From: a virus | Taxonomy: Duplodnaviria; Caudoviricetes | Reading direction: 5' to 3' (one strand) | Length of the DNA stretch: 56,587 nt | Virus record (IMG/VR): IMGVR_UViG_3300047198_000034 | Span: 1 to 56,587 of that record | Shown: piece by piece, positions 9,952 through 20,057 of the stretch | How the letters are laid out: each line of letters begins with the position of its first letter | Numbering within the stretch: the first letter of the stretch is position 1 | Made by a program: the position numbers and the translations under genes | Notes under the pieces: generated by a model | Told to the model about the DNA's origin: nothing | What the model saw: only the letters and a program-made list of their open reading frames with translations | The model's database searches: none

Positions 9952-10815
9952 TTACTTCTCTATCTTTGGTATGCTATCGTTATAGACCTTTAAGGCTGTT
10001 GTAGTTCTCTTTCTAAAAGCATTCCAGGCCACCAAGCATTTACGGAATACTTCTCTTTCTGTTGCTTTTTTACTATATTGAGAACCTCTTCCATGATCGA
10101 TCGAATATCCAATTAGAAAATCTCTTAATGTTCTTGCTGGCTCAGCTTTTTTGACTTCGCCATCACGAACATCAATCCAGAATTTTCTTGCGGCTTCTCT
10201 GTTTTTTTCAGCAGTCATCATCATGGCAGCAACAACAGATCTGCGAGCCAAATGTGAACATTCTTTCCAATCAATTTTTCCGTTTAAACAAAAAATTGAA
10301 AAAACAAAATCACCTAATTTTAAGTATTCATGAATACTGGCTGCCTTTCTTTGGCGATCCCACCCAGTTCGACCATCTTTATATAATCCTCCGCCAAGAA
10401 TTTTCTGTGTTAATTGGATTGGCCATTTAATGTCGTGAGCATCGGCATATGGATTGACCAAATCGTATAGCCCCCTTCCCCCTTGATCATAGGTTGCATA
10501 AACCTCTGCTACATCTTCCCAAGTATCACATTCAATTTCTTCAAGATTTGCAATCATCATAGAATCAAGATCAATGATTGCTCGCAACTGGTGTTGCCCA
10601 TTTACTAAAAGTTTAATTTTTTTATTTTGTTCATTCTTGAGAATTACGATTGCTATACTGCCAGTTCTGAATGTATCATCTTTTAGGGCATGCTTAATCT
10701 GATCAAGGTGTCGTTGGTTTATTGCCCTTTGTGCTTTATAGACATTAAATTTCCAAAATTCCTCTGCTTCTTTTCTACTAACGATGAGCTCTTCCCTTGA
10801 TTTAACTTTCCACAT
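9952..10815 (-). CDS. ParB/Srx-fold protein (GQH motif variant)
   Basis: QRAINQRHLDQI...LLVNGQHQLRAII. Confidence 0.55.
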   Translation of the reverse strand: MWKVKSREELIVSRKEAEEFWKFNVYKAQRAINQRHLDQIKHALKDDTFRTGSIAIVILKNEQNKKIKLLVNGQHQLRAIIDLDSMMIANLEEIECDTWEDVAEVYATYDQGGRGLYDLVNPYADAHDIKWPIQLTQKILGGGLYKDGRTGWDRQRKAASIHEYLKLGDFVFSIFCLNGKIDWKECSHLARRSVVAAMMMTAEKNREAARKFWIDVRDGEVKKAEPARTLRDFLIGYSIDHGRGSQYSKKATEREVFRKCLVAWNAFRKRTTTALKVYNDSIPKIEK

Positions 10816-10825
10816 GTTATCCTCC

Positions 10826-11581
10826 TTAAATTAAAAGTCCCTCAAGATTTTCCAAGAGTTGTTTGATTGCCTGTTTCGGAGTATCCTTCCATTGATTTTT
10901 TCTTGCTCTTCTTACGGCTTCATAAAATGCTTCAAAGGTTTTTTTGATTTCATCATTTACCTTTTCGATTGCTAAGGGTTTCGTTTGAATAATTGGTTTT
11001 TTGGGTTTTGGATTTCTGGTTGCTTTAAAAGCCTTATTGACCGACATCTCTCCCTTTCTTACGGCCTGTTTAATCTCTTCCGTAGCCTCCTTCTCAATGA
11101 TCTCTGATTTACGAATTGTATCATGTGAGACACCAGCGATCCTTGCAATCTCTTCACGGGTCTCACCCTCCGCAGATTTCTGCGTAGGGTCGGCCTTACC
11201 TACTTTCATTCTTTTTTCTGCCTTTTCCTCAATAACTGGTTTTAAAAGAAGTGCGAGTCTGGCTCTCTCGTGTGGAGGTAAATTGCGGCGGGCAAGTTGG
11301 TTCTTAATAATCCAAATCTTAGCCTCTTCTTCGCTATCAAATTCCTTCTCCAATATTTTGAATCCAATATTATGCTTGTGGCAGATTTCGTATCGGTTAT
11401 ACCCGTCAATAATGGAACCATTCCATGTGATAATCGCCTCCCGACATCCCTCCTGCAATATGCTCTGTTCAAGCAATTGATATTCGTCAGAAGAAATCGA
11501 TGGAATGATATTATGAAATTCAGGATTGATTTGAAGTTCCATTAACATTTTATTAATCACCTCGTTAGATTTTTCAGTCAT
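10826..11581 (-). CDS. ParB-like N-terminal domain plus HTH protein
   Basis: INPEF..IIP...EYQLLEQSILQEG...IIDGYNRYEIC...NQLARRNL; TREEIARIAGVSHDTI. Confidence 0.75.
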   Translation of the reverse strand: MTEKSNEVINKMLMELQINPEFHNIIPSISSDEYQLLEQSILQEGCREAIITWNGSIIDGYNRYEICHKHNIGFKILEKEFDSEEEAKIWIIKNQLARRNLPPHERARLALLLKPVIEEKAEKRMKVGKADPTQKSAEGETREEIARIAGVSHDTIRKSEIIEKEATEEIKQAVRKGEMSVNKAFKATRNPKPKKPIIQTKPLAIEKVNDEIKKTFEAFYEAVRRARKNQWKDTPKQAIKQLLENLEGLLI

Positions 11582-11842
11582 TTCTTCCCCTCCATCTCAT
11601 CCCTGAGTTTCAGGCCCCACTCCTCACCGATTCTTTTGGCCGTATCCCAATCACCTATCCACTCCCGAATCGACTCAAAAGGATTAGGACGATAGATATT
11701 AGATTCGCTGGCTATTGCATAACCCTTAAATCTTCTAACCGTGATCTGCCAGCTTTTTGGGAGCCCAAGAAGATAGGTTGATCCCTCATATTCTGGTGTC
11801 CATTCCAATTTACTCATTTCTTCCCCTCCCCCCGTTTTTCTA

Positions 11843-12118
11843 TCAGCCTTTAGATTTGTTATTTTTATCATGTTTTGTTGTTGTTTCTATACAAGAATGA
11901 CCTTGACTTTCATTTTCATCCAGCCTAACATCCTTCATATGGAACTTAGAATCTATCAACTTTTGAACCTCAATCCCCATTTTCACAAGACGAGTGGCCA
12001 TGCTGACTTTAGAGATTCCCTCCTCCTCGGCCATCCGTTCAATTTCAGCCTCAAGACTGAGGGGCCACCTTACATATTGGGGTTTGCCCTTTTTATCCAC
12101 GAATGCTACCTCCATCAT
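11843..12118 (-). CDS. Ribbon-helix-helix-like DNA-binding protein
   Basis: YVRWPLSLEAEIERMAEEEGISKVSMATRLV. Confidence 0.5.
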   Translation of the reverse strand: MMEVAFVDKKGKPQYVRWPLSLEAEIERMAEEEGISKVSMATRLVKMGIEVQKLIDSKFHMKDVRLDENESQGHSCIETTTKHDKNNKSKG

Positions 12119-12413
12119 GTTTTTCCCCCTTTATCTGATCCGGTAACGGTAATATGGCCTTTGTTTTGGGATTTAATCTCTGTAATGGCTTCCTGGTGCC
12201 CTTTGGGACTCTAAAACTACCCTTCCCATAGGGTTGTAGAGGGTAAAGTGGACAATCTTCGATATCGCAATCAATCCGACCATCAAAATAGTTGCCCATG
12301 CAGTCATAGCATTTGGCTAAAATCATCTGCCTCTGGGTCAGTCTTTCACCAGCCAAATGCTTTTTTAACTCCCTGCCGCCTTTGGCTTTTGGGAAAGATT
12401 GGAATGATTCCAT
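12093..12413 (-). CDS. Cys-rich hypothetical phage protein
   Basis: KCYDCMG...DCDIEDCPLYP. Confidence 0.55.
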   Translation of the reverse strand: MESFQSFPKAKGGRELKKHLAGERLTQRQMILAKCYDCMGNYFDGRIDCDIEDCPLYPLQPYGKGSFRVPKGTRKPLQRLNPKTKAILPLPDQIKGEKHDGGSIRG

Positions 12414-12489
12414 TGGTTTCCTTTCCTCCGGCCAGGGAAGGGTTGCGCTGCTGGGGGTGAAGAGGTGTTAGACAGCGCACCCTGGCCTT

Positions 12490-12942
12490 TTATGAATATT
12501 GAAGCACTTTATCTATGGCCCTTCGTGATGATCTTGAATGATATGGCTGATCATTTTGATCTACGATCCTTAATTGTATATATGGAAAAAATTCATGAAA
12601 TAATTTTATTTTATTTTTTGATTGATGAAATGCCTGACGAGTTCCTATGACTTCATAAAAAATGTTTCGAACCTTATCATAAAAATCTGGCGAGTATTTG
12701 TATACACCAAAACGGAATGTTGCCGGTTGGTATATAAAGTTCGGGTGTTTAAGGGCAAATTCAATTTCTGCTTGAAATGGATTTTTTCGGTGATTAGGAT
12801 GAGAAATTTGTCTTTTTATCAATATTTCCTTATGTCTTCTTTTATATCCATAGCAAGTCTCACAAAGTACCAACTTTTTCAAAGATGCTGGTCGACGGTT
12901 GCATCGAGAACACAAAATAGTTTGATCAATATTCCATTCCAT
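12490..12942 (-). CDS. Putative PD-(D/E)XK endonuclease with N-terminal Zn finger
   Basis: CSRC...LCETC; YSPDFY....FYEV. Confidence 0.5.
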   Translation of the reverse strand: MEWNIDQTILCSRCNRRPASLKKLVLCETCYGYKRRHKEILIKRQISHPNHRKNPFQAEIEFALKHPNFIYQPATFRFGVYKYSPDFYDKVRNIFYEVIGTRQAFHQSKNKIKLFHEFFPYIQLRIVDQNDQPYHSRSSRRAIDKVLQYS

Positions 12943-12956
12943 AGCAATCCTTGTTG

Positions 12957-13166
12957 TTATGCGCAGTTGGCATGGTTATGAGGAAAAAATTTTCTTACCC
13001 AATAATTAATAGCTTCAGGCGTAACATTTACGAGAAAAGCAATCTCTGTCTGACTCAACTGTTTTCGGCAGTAGTAATCTTCAAGAAAACTTCTTTTCTC
13101 ATCTGTGGTCATTCCCTTAAATCGTGCCACTTTTGGTTTTCTTCCCATGAAAACAATATAAACCAA
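12957..13166 (-). CDS. Cro-like HTH protein (likely start 13148, leaderless)
   Basis: LSQTEIAFLVNVTPEAINYWVRK; divergent from the XRE repressor. Confidence 0.7.
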   Translation of the reverse strand: MVYIVFMGRKPKVARFKGMTTDEKRSFLEDYYCRKQLSQTEIAFLVNVTPEAINYWVRKFFPHNHANCA

Positions 13167-13184
13167 CTGCGTTTATTTTGTCAA
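13155..13184 (-). promoter_or_regulatory. Leftward early promoter
   Basis: TTGACA (13184-13179), 18 nt, TATATT (13160-13155); ATG 7 nt downstream. Confidence 0.6.
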
Positions 13185-13280
13185 GCTTTTTATTTGAATT
13201 ATTTGAAAATTCATGGTATAGGTATTGCATATAGAGATAAATCCTTTAAATTCACATACTTTTGACGCATTAAAAATGTA

Positions 13281-13309
13281 TTGACATTAGGCGTTTAATT
13301 TATTATCTT
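13281..13309 (+). promoter_or_regulatory. Rightward promoter of the repressor
   Basis: TTGACA, 17 nt, TATCTT; RBS AAGGAG before ATG 13329. Confidence 0.65.
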
Positions 13310-13328
13310 AAATAGAAAGGAGACTGTC

Positions 13329-13952
13329 ATGAGAAATAATTACAATCATTGTAGGATGTGGGGGTTCGATGAAAGGCTGAATGAGAGAATTGGAATTGAA
13401 CTAAAAAGGAAACGGAAATCCACTGGAATGAGTCAGCAAGAATTAGCCGAAAAAGTGAAAACAACACAGGCCACAATATCAAGAATTGAAAGAGCGGTGG
13501 ATAACATCACAATGACAAAACTTATTAAATACCTTAATGCTCTTAATATACAACTCTTCATTAAATTTCCTCTTAATGGAGATGATAAAATATTCGAAGA
13601 TCATATTCCTACAAGTCAAGATATATATTATCAGACCAGTTTTGAAAAGGGATTATTTATGATTGGCAATGATTATGCAGGTATTGCAATTGAAGGCAAA
13701 AAACAGTTCTTACCGGATTTGGTTAGGTCTCCTTCAGTCGATATGGGATCTCTTTTTGACGAGGCCAGGTCGTCTTTCAAGAATATTTCGAATGATAAGG
13801 CTGGGTCGGAAAATGACACAGGCGCATCTGGCCAGAGCTTTAAACGTGTCAGAGAATTACCTTTATATGGTGGAGAATGCTCAAAAGTTTCCATCATTGT
13901 CTTTTATCCTGAGATTCGGTATAATGTTTTCAATCAATCCAAGGCTGCTTAA
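13329..13952 (+). CDS. XRE-family HTH repressor
   Basis: LKRKRKSTGMSQQELAEKVKTTQATISRIER. Confidence 0.8.
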   Translation: MRNNYNHCRMWGFDERLNERIGIELKRKRKSTGMSQQELAEKVKTTQATISRIERAVDNITMTKLIKYLNALNIQLFIKFPLNGDDKIFEDHIPTSQDIYYQTSFEKGLFMIGNDYAGIAIEGKKQFLPDLVRSPSVDMGSLFDEARSSFKNISNDKAGSENDTGASGQSFKRVRELPLYGGECSKVSIIVFYPEIRYNVFNQSKAA

Positions 13953-14028
13953 AGTTTATTGGCTAAACGATTATATATCATGGGTTCGGGAAAGAGTCAA
14001 GAAAAAAATTGGTCTGGACGAGGACTGA
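13663..14028 (+). CDS. Second XRE-family HTH protein, overlapping the first (start uncertain)
   Basis: RMIRLGRKMTQAHLARALNVSENYLYMVENAQKFPSL. Confidence 0.7.
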   Translation: MAMIMQVLQLKAKNSSYRIWLGLLQSIWDLFLTRPGRLSRIFRMIRLGRKMTQAHLARALNVSENYLYMVENAQKFPSLSFILRFGIMFSINPRLLKVYWLNDYISWVRERVKKKIGLDED

Positions 14029-14217
14029 GATGGAACTTAAAACTTATTTCGATTTAGCAACATTGTGTGCCGCATTAGCAAATGTTTTTATCTCAATTGT
14101 AAAAAGAAATTGGTATTCATTTGCAGGTTGGGGGGCTGTCGCTTTTATGGCGGTTAGAAACTTACTTCCTATTATTGGGAAATAACAAGAATAAAATTCA
14201 TCTAAAGGAGAACTAAG

Positions 14218-14475
14218 ATGCGACAAAAATTGTCAATGATTGCCGTTTTTTTGCTCTTATTTTTGGCAGGATGTGTCCCTCAAGGGTATTGGACGAAATC
14301 AGATTTCAGTAATGACCAATGGAACAGGGATCATTATGAATGTGCTAACAATGCCCAAGCGACCTGTCATTATTGGGATCCGAGACAGAACGTTATTGCC
14401 GGTGCTATTTGCGTCCAGGATCAATATAATTTTTGTATTCGGTCAAAAGGATATCAGTGGGAAGTTCCGCGTTAG
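14218..14475 (+). CDS. Small lipoprotein (possible superinfection exclusion)
   Basis: Signal peptide with LAGC lipobox; same strand as the repressor. Confidence 0.6.
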   Translation: MRQKLSMIAVFLLLFLAGCVPQGYWTKSDFSNDQWNRDHYECANNAQATCHYWDPRQNVIAGAICVQDQYNFCIRSKGYQWEVPR

Positions 14476-14939
14476 AGTATACTTGCAATCGTAATAACAA
14501 TTATTGCGATAACGCCAAGAGGTCCCCAGGTCTCCCAAATAGACTTTGGCTTCCCAACCTCGGCCAGTTTAAGCGCCCTGTCTGTTACTTGAGTCATATC
14601 TTCTAAGGCTTTTCTCGTAGTTTGAACTTCCATCTGATCAATGTCGTGTACCTTATCTTTCAGGACGTTTTCTTGTTTAAGGAGATCCTTTTCTTTTTCC
14701 AGATTGGCAATCCTCTGATCTTTCAAGGCATCCTGTTCCCTTCTCAGCTCAAGTTCTCTCCTGTCAAGGTCGCATTCCTTCTCATTCTTTAAGATCATCT
14801 GAACCTCATCGAGAGGGAAGGATAATTCTTGGGCGATACCCACGCTTGCGAAACTCATCAGCAAGAAGATCGATATCAGTAGGCACAGTGATAATCTTAC
14901 GCTCTTCTGTAAGTTTGAGGATCTCCTTATTTTTTTCAT
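14472..14939 (-). CDS. Lysis accessory / spanin-like protein
   Basis: Signal, coiled coil and C-terminal TM; overlaps the upstream membrane-anchored coiled-coil gene. Confidence 0.45.
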   Translation of the reverse strand: MKKIRRSSNLQKSVRLSLCLLISIFLLMSFASVGIAQELSFPLDEVQMILKNEKECDLDRRELELRREQDALKDQRIANLEKEKDLLKQENVLKDKVHDIDQMEVQTTRKALEDMTQVTDRALKLAEVGKPKSIWETWGPLGVIAIIVITIASIL

Positions 14940-15225
14940 CGACCAACCCCGCTAACCGTTTAGACTCGGCTTCTGCCAGAATCCGTTGTTTTTGAACTGC
15001 GTCAACTCTCTTTTTAAGATCAAGAATCATCTGATCCCTGGTCTCATTCTCCTTCTTCAGGCTTTCGATAATGGCCGTCTTGTCTTGTCTCAACTGATCG
15101 AGGCCCATGTCATACAATTTTCGGGAGACTGCCCAACCCGAAACGTATTGCCAAATAAATAAGATCAGTACGGCAAAGGCGATCCATCCCCATAAAGGAA
15201 TTTTTGAAATAAAGGATTTTATCAT
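14806..15225 (-). CDS. Inner spanin (Rz)-like protein
   Basis: N-terminal TM then coiled coil; downstream of the lysin. Confidence 0.45.
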   Translation of the reverse strand: MIKSFISKIPLWGWIAFAVLILFIWQYVSGWAVSRKLYDMGLDQLRQDKTAIIESLKKENETRDQMILDLKKRVDAVQKQRILAEAESKRLAGLVDEKNKEILKLTEERKIITVPTDIDLLADEFRKRGYRPRIILPSR

Positions 15226-15460
15226 ATCTTTGCTTTTTTGTTTAGGAATTTAGAACTTTCCATCATTACTGACGGCTGACCACATTCTAAACTCCGATTA
15301 ACCCATGATTCGATCAGTGGTGGCTCACCTCACCTGGGTTCATCATGGGTTTTGTTGTTTTAGAATATATTTGCGCCAAGCCCATTTCAGGATTTCCCAA
15401 CCAATTGCTCCAACAATTAATCCTATCAAAAAATATACCATCCTAATTACCCCCTATCGA

Positions 15461-15844
15461 TTATTGATGTGATATGCCCAATCCACCCGGCTTTGCCGGC
15501 GGTATCGTATCAAGATTGTAATTATATGATGCTGGAAGACTATCAAAAGATTCATTACCGTTTGTATCCACCGCCGTCAACATAAAAATTAGAGTTCCTG
15601 CGGATTGATCTGGAACCGTTACAGTAAAGAGATATGGCAAGGTCGGAGGATGTGGAATCAGAATAGTATTGATTTTTATTCGTACTCCATCCGTCCGGTA
15701 GAGATTGTAACCAGTCATATCTGTCTCTGTATTTGGAGTCCAGGTAGCTTTGAGAGGTATCGAGCCTGCGAATACTATCCCAGAAAATGTAATAAAAATA
15801 ACCACGGATACCAACATTAAAATAATTTTTTGTCTTATCTTCAT
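15461..15844 (-). CDS. Secreted FN3-like protein
   Basis: Signal peptide; W..N.E.D..GYNLY...LTAVDTNGNES. Confidence 0.6.
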   Translation of the reverse strand: MKIRQKIILMLVSVVIFITFSGIVFAGSIPLKATWTPNTETDMTGYNLYRTDGVRIKINTILIPHPPTLPYLFTVTVPDQSAGTLIFMLTAVDTNGNESFDSLPASYNYNLDTIPPAKPGGLGISHQ

Positions 15845-16153
15845 CTCTTTATCTCCTTTGGATTTTTACTTTATTATTTGTCAGAAAAAATATATCATAA
15901 ACAGCATCGCAAAACTCAAAGGTCCATGGAACACTTGTTGACGTAGAGGATTTAAAATAATATCCATAACCCCCTACAACAACGGGATTTTCAGGACTTG
16001 AAAGAACCCATATCATTAAATATTGCTTGTCTGAACCCCTATAAATGAGCGAAACACCATATTCTTGACATATAAATTCGTCAAACTTCTCGAAGGGACT
16101 GAACTCCCCAAGGATGACGGCCAGAAGTAAAATCATTAAAGTTATGATCTTTT

Positions 16154-16480
16154 TCATGGAAATTTAGGCGATCTTCCAAAACCATTATTTTCTTCATATT
16201 TACGATAATTCAATTCAGTATAAGATTTGAGTCCTTTATAACCCATCCATATTCCCATTGAACCAAGATAGAGAGTTGCGTAATTCCCACCAAGACTTTT
16301 CCATGCTTCCATAATCGTCTTATTGAAAAACCCAGCCACAAGCAAAATCATGGTGATTATCGTAAAAACAAAACTCACCACCCATCCTTGAATAGCACCA
16401 TCTTTAACAAGTTGGATTTTTTTCATATACTTTCTCTCGCTACTTTCCATAAATCCATTGTTCTGTTTATCCATCCCCAA
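16154..16480 (-). CDS. Putative holin
   Basis: Two hydrophobic segments, directly downstream of the lysin. Confidence 0.5.
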   Translation of the reverse strand: MGMDKQNNGFMESSERKYMKKIQLVKDGAIQGWVVSFVFTIITMILLVAGFFNKTIMEAWKSLGGNYATLYLGSMGIWMGYKGLKSYTELNYRKYEENNGFGRSPKFP

Positions 16481-16857
16481 ATATACTGAGGATACTGTTT
16501 TCTCATGGAAATATATTTTTCAAGTCTCAAAAAAAGATAATCTTCCCAACCTTTTCTATTTTGTAAAAGTGTTTTCGCACGACCTGAACCCATATTTACA
16601 GCCGTATCAAAAAGCACCATATCAAAAGGTTCTGGGAACATATTACATACTGCTTCCTCCCAATATTCTGTCCGATAAATTTCTTGGGCCTCATCTAAGG
16701 TTAAATTCTTAATATCCAAATAGGGATACGCCCGCTTGGAGATACCATACTTCGTTTCTCCGCCCGGGTCATTAGGATCATTTGAGTAAGTTCCTTCCCA
16801 CTTCAACGTAAATTCGATGGCCTTTTCAAAGCTCATTATTTGAACCAAGAGTGCCAA
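16423..16857 (-). CDS. Endolysin, glycoside hydrolase family 108
   Basis: WEGTYSNDPNDPGGETKYGIS...IYRTEYW...FDTAVNMG. Confidence 0.9.
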   Translation of the reverse strand: MALLVQIMSFEKAIEFTLKWEGTYSNDPNDPGGETKYGISKRAYPYLDIKNLTLDEAQEIYRTEYWEEAVCNMFPEPFDMVLFDTAVNMGSGRAKTLLQNRKGWEDYLFLRLEKYISMRKQYPQYIWGWINRTMDLWKVARESI

Positions 16858-17080
16858 GTTTTAATAGACTTCTTAACCGAAATCCTCATCAATGTTTCGC
16901 CATGGTTTAGATTCACACAGAACCAAATTCGGAGTTTACCGTCTGAGGTAAGAACGGTTTCCATTTTCATAAATTCACCGCATATAGGACATTGAGCATC
17001 TTTGATCTTTCCTGTTTTATATTTCATCTTTTCCTTCCTTTCTAAAGAAAATAAGGGAGAGCCAGTTCAACTATCTCCAT

Positions 17081-17431
17081 TTACCATATGGCTATCTTTG
17101 CCGGCATCCATGCCGAAAAGCCAACCTGGGCCGTTCCAGTTTTGGAAACAGTATTTGCCAAAATATCAACAATCGTTATCTTTACATCATCTCCCGCTTT
17201 TATCACAGCCCCGGGGGATTTAGAAAATCCAAGAGAGGTCAAATTTCTCGCTGGGTCTAATATTTGGAGGTTATTTATCATTACTCCCTCGATAGGTTTA
17301 TCGTTTACAGCTATGGAAACCCCAATAATCGGCATTGGTCCCTCGGCCTTCACGGCCATTTGGAATCCAATTTCTGATTTACTCTGCATTCCTGTTCCAA
17401 TTAGAATTTGTAATTCTGCCATCTTTCTCAC
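17081..17431 (-). CDS. Hypothetical protein
   Basis: Strong RBS; beta-rich. Confidence 0.55.
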   Translation of the reverse strand: MRKMAELQILIGTGMQSKSEIGFQMAVKAEGPMPIIGVSIAVNDKPIEGVMINNLQILDPARNLTSLGFSKSPGAVIKAGDDVKITIVDILANTVSKTGTAQVGFSAWMPAKIAIW

Positions 17432-17661
17432 CTCCTTTCCTTTTTAAGCTTCAATTTTGGCTCTCCCTATAATTTTAAAAAAGTATCAATTAAACTTCTT
17501 CTGTCTCTCTAAAAATTCAATAAAAGAATCTAAATGCTTTTTAAAAGATTTTGTCTGTTCCCATAACAAATCAATTTGACCTTTTTCAAACAACTCATCA
17601 CAGATAATTAGATTTTCTTTCATTATGATCAATGATGCCCTAATCCATGTTTCAAGTGTGG

Positions 17662-17997
17662 TCATTCTTTTTGCTTCCTTATTTTGCTTGAAGGTTCTAC
17701 CCCACCGATTGATCTAATCAAAAGTTCAATTTGATGAAGTTTATCACTCATTTCCCTTGCCGTTGCTATCGCTGTCTCCTTAGCCTCCTTAGCTGCCACT
17801 TTTGTATCATCTAAAACATTACAAAGTGTTTTTGTCTGAAGATCGAATATGGCCTTATCCACTTTTGAATCAAGTTTGCCAGAAATAGAAGTTAAGATAA
17901 TGGTCGTGAAAGAGGCCATAATCACAATGATGGATAAAACTGTTCCAATCAACCATTTGAATGTCACAAACCGTTCCCCGTCTTTTTGTTCTTGCAT
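17662..17997 (-). CDS. Membrane protein (holin/antiholin-like)
   Basis: One TM then coiled coil, between tail and lysis genes. Confidence 0.45.
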   Translation of the reverse strand: MQEQKDGERFVTFKWLIGTVLSIIVIMASFTTIILTSISGKLDSKVDKAIFDLQTKTLCNVLDDTKVAAKEAKETAIATAREMSDKLHQIELLIRSIGGVEPSSKIRKQKE

Positions 17998-18015
17998 TCC
18001 ATATTTCTCCTTTTT

Positions 18016-19662
18016 TTAACTTGCCATTCCACTAACTTTTGATGGATCTCCAATTCCACAAACACTGACCCATCCCGTTATTCCATTCACCTTGAGAACT
18101 CCCGGAGGGGTGGCAAAGGTAATACTATCCATATTAATAAGCACTTCAAGATTGGAGATCCCAGGAATCGTTAACCCAGCATCCCCATATTGAGCAGTTG
18201 GAGGAGTGAAATCATACCAATATCGGGAAAGTCTATTAACCGAAAATTCATCTATTTGGGCAATGATACCATTTGATCCGTTTGACCATGCTGCCCCAAC
18301 CACAAAATCACCATTAATATTGATTGGATCGACGTCCTGAAAACTCGAACCCGAAGATGTTTTATCCACCCCATTAATTAAAAATTTACCAGTGCCATTA
18401 ACTGAAAGAGCGATATGATACCAAATATCTAATTGAAAATCATAACTCTGACTTCTTACATAACCAAAATCATAATCTATATTTTGGGTTTCAAATAGAA
18501 ACTTCTTACCTCCTAAGAGATCAACTATAAATTTTAATCTCCAGTAATTCTGCGGATAACCGTTATCCGTTTGACAACAAATAGTATGTGACAACATGAG
18601 ACCTGGCCATCCGTGAAACATAATCCGAAAATCAATTCCCAATCCATTTCCGTAATAAGGGTTGAAGATGAAATCTGTATGGAAAGGAGTGGTAATAGCA
18701 TCACTTCCATCAAAAAGTCCAGAGGCAGAACCAAACACTTTTTGGCTGGTGTCTAATTGGGCATCTTGATGGGCAGTCCAAGGTTTGCCCGATCTGTCAA
18801 GAAATATTGGTGAGCCATCTGTTCCATCAAAATGAAGCAGAACCACATTATATTGATCGTAATACCAATAGGTTAAAGGTGAAAGAGATTCTATCTCTGT
18901 AGCTACTTCTAAATCATTAATAAGAAAAAATGGAACATTATCTATCTCTGTGATTACTTCTAAATTCTCAATTACCCAGGGAGCACCAGGGGCATAAGGT
19001 TGAATTGATGGAGTAAAATTTCCTGTCCATCGAGCAATCCCATTTGAGAATCTAAATTCTTCAACCCAACCATTTAAATATTTAGAAGGAATGGCATCAA
19101 GATTAGCTCCAATTCGAACAACGCTATCTCCATTTAAAATATGGTCGGTCCCAATGCTTACTGGATTACCAACAGCGACACCGTTCAAATAGATTTGTAA
19201 ATTTCCTGCATATCGAATGATTGCAACATGATACCAAGTATCCATTACAAAATCACATTGACCGTGAGTAATAAACTGGTTTTCCTCTACGGTATTACAT
19301 TCAAAATACAAATGGGAATTAACAGCACCCATTGATATATATAAAGAAAATGCAGAAACCTCCCATATAAGTTGATATTGTTCAAAGAGTACCGTAGCAC
19401 CTAATGGAAGATTATGGGGCCTTAACCTAAAATCTACGGTAAAATCATTATTGCTAAGATTAAACTCAGCATGGTCAGGAGTATCGATATAATCACTATT
19501 CCCATCAAAAAGACCAGAAGCAACCCAAACATATTGAGCGGTGTCTATTTGGGCGGTTCCATGTGCAGTCCAGACTTTGCCTGACTCATCGGTAAAAGTG
19601 GTGGATTCGTCAGCACCATCAAAGTGAAGAAGGACTTTACTATAACTATCGTCAAGTGCCAT
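18016..19662 (-). CDS. Tail/receptor-binding protein with two LamG (ConA-like) domains
   Basis: Repeated VLLHFDG.D....F.D.SGK.WTAH; FTVDF..., WYHVA/WYHIA, G.VEEFR. Confidence 0.8.
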   Translation of the reverse strand: MALDDSYSKVLLHFDGADESTTFTDESGKVWTAHGTAQIDTAQYVWVASGLFDGNSDYIDTPDHAEFNLSNNDFTVDFRLRPHNLPLGATVLFEQYQLIWEVSAFSLYISMGAVNSHLYFECNTVEENQFITHGQCDFVMDTWYHVAIIRYAGNLQIYLNGVAVGNPVSIGTDHILNGDSVVRIGANLDAIPSKYLNGWVEEFRFSNGIARWTGNFTPSIQPYAPGAPWVIENLEVITEIDNVPFFLINDLEVATEIESLSPLTYWYYDQYNVVLLHFDGTDGSPIFLDRSGKPWTAHQDAQLDTSQKVFGSASGLFDGSDAITTPFHTDFIFNPYYGNGLGIDFRIMFHGWPGLMLSHTICCQTDNGYPQNYWRLKFIVDLLGGKKFLFETQNIDYDFGYVRSQSYDFQLDIWYHIALSVNGTGKFLINGVDKTSSGSSFQDVDPININGDFVVGAAWSNGSNGIIAQIDEFSVNRLSRYWYDFTPPTAQYGDAGLTIPGISNLEVLINMDSITFATPPGVLKVNGITGWVSVCGIGDPSKVSGMAS

Positions 19663-19673
19663 CTAAAATACCT

Positions 19674-20048
19674 TTAAGTTGGATCTCTCAAAGTAATCTT
19701 CCAAGAAGGAAAATCAACCGTTCCGCTTTCAGTAACGCCAATAGCATTACAGGTTGCTTTCCTTTTCAGGATGGAACTCCCTGTATCATTTATGCAGACG
19801 AAATGGCCTGTTCCTGTCACATCCACGGTGACTCCAGCCTTTGCAGTAATGGTGACTTTTCTTCCATCCGTGTCACCATTCGCCTTAGTGTAATCCCCAC
19901 TAACAAGTGCCACATCAGCGAGTTTATATGTGGTGTGGGCATGTGTATAAGTGGTCGGTTCAGTTTCACACAAGGTCATCTCATCCCCATTGGCTATGAG
20001 ATCATCAGCTAAAAGATCCAAATCTGCATCAGCTATATATTTGCCCAT
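19674..20048 (-). CDS. Virion structural protein
   Basis: Beta-rich; tail region. Confidence 0.55.
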   Translation of the reverse strand: MGKYIADADLDLLADDLIANGDEMTLCETEPTTYTHAHTTYKLADVALVSGDYTKANGDTDGRKVTITAKAGVTVDVTGTGHFVCINDTGSSILKRKATCNAIGVTESGTVDFPSWKITLRDPT

Positions 20049-20057
20049 CTTATCCTC

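Noticed and set aside
11001-11480. Long plus-strand ORFs antisense to phage genes (also 35916-36572, 31061-31624, 32251-32706)
   Set aside because: Shadow frames of well-supported minus-strand genes, with no recognisable motifs
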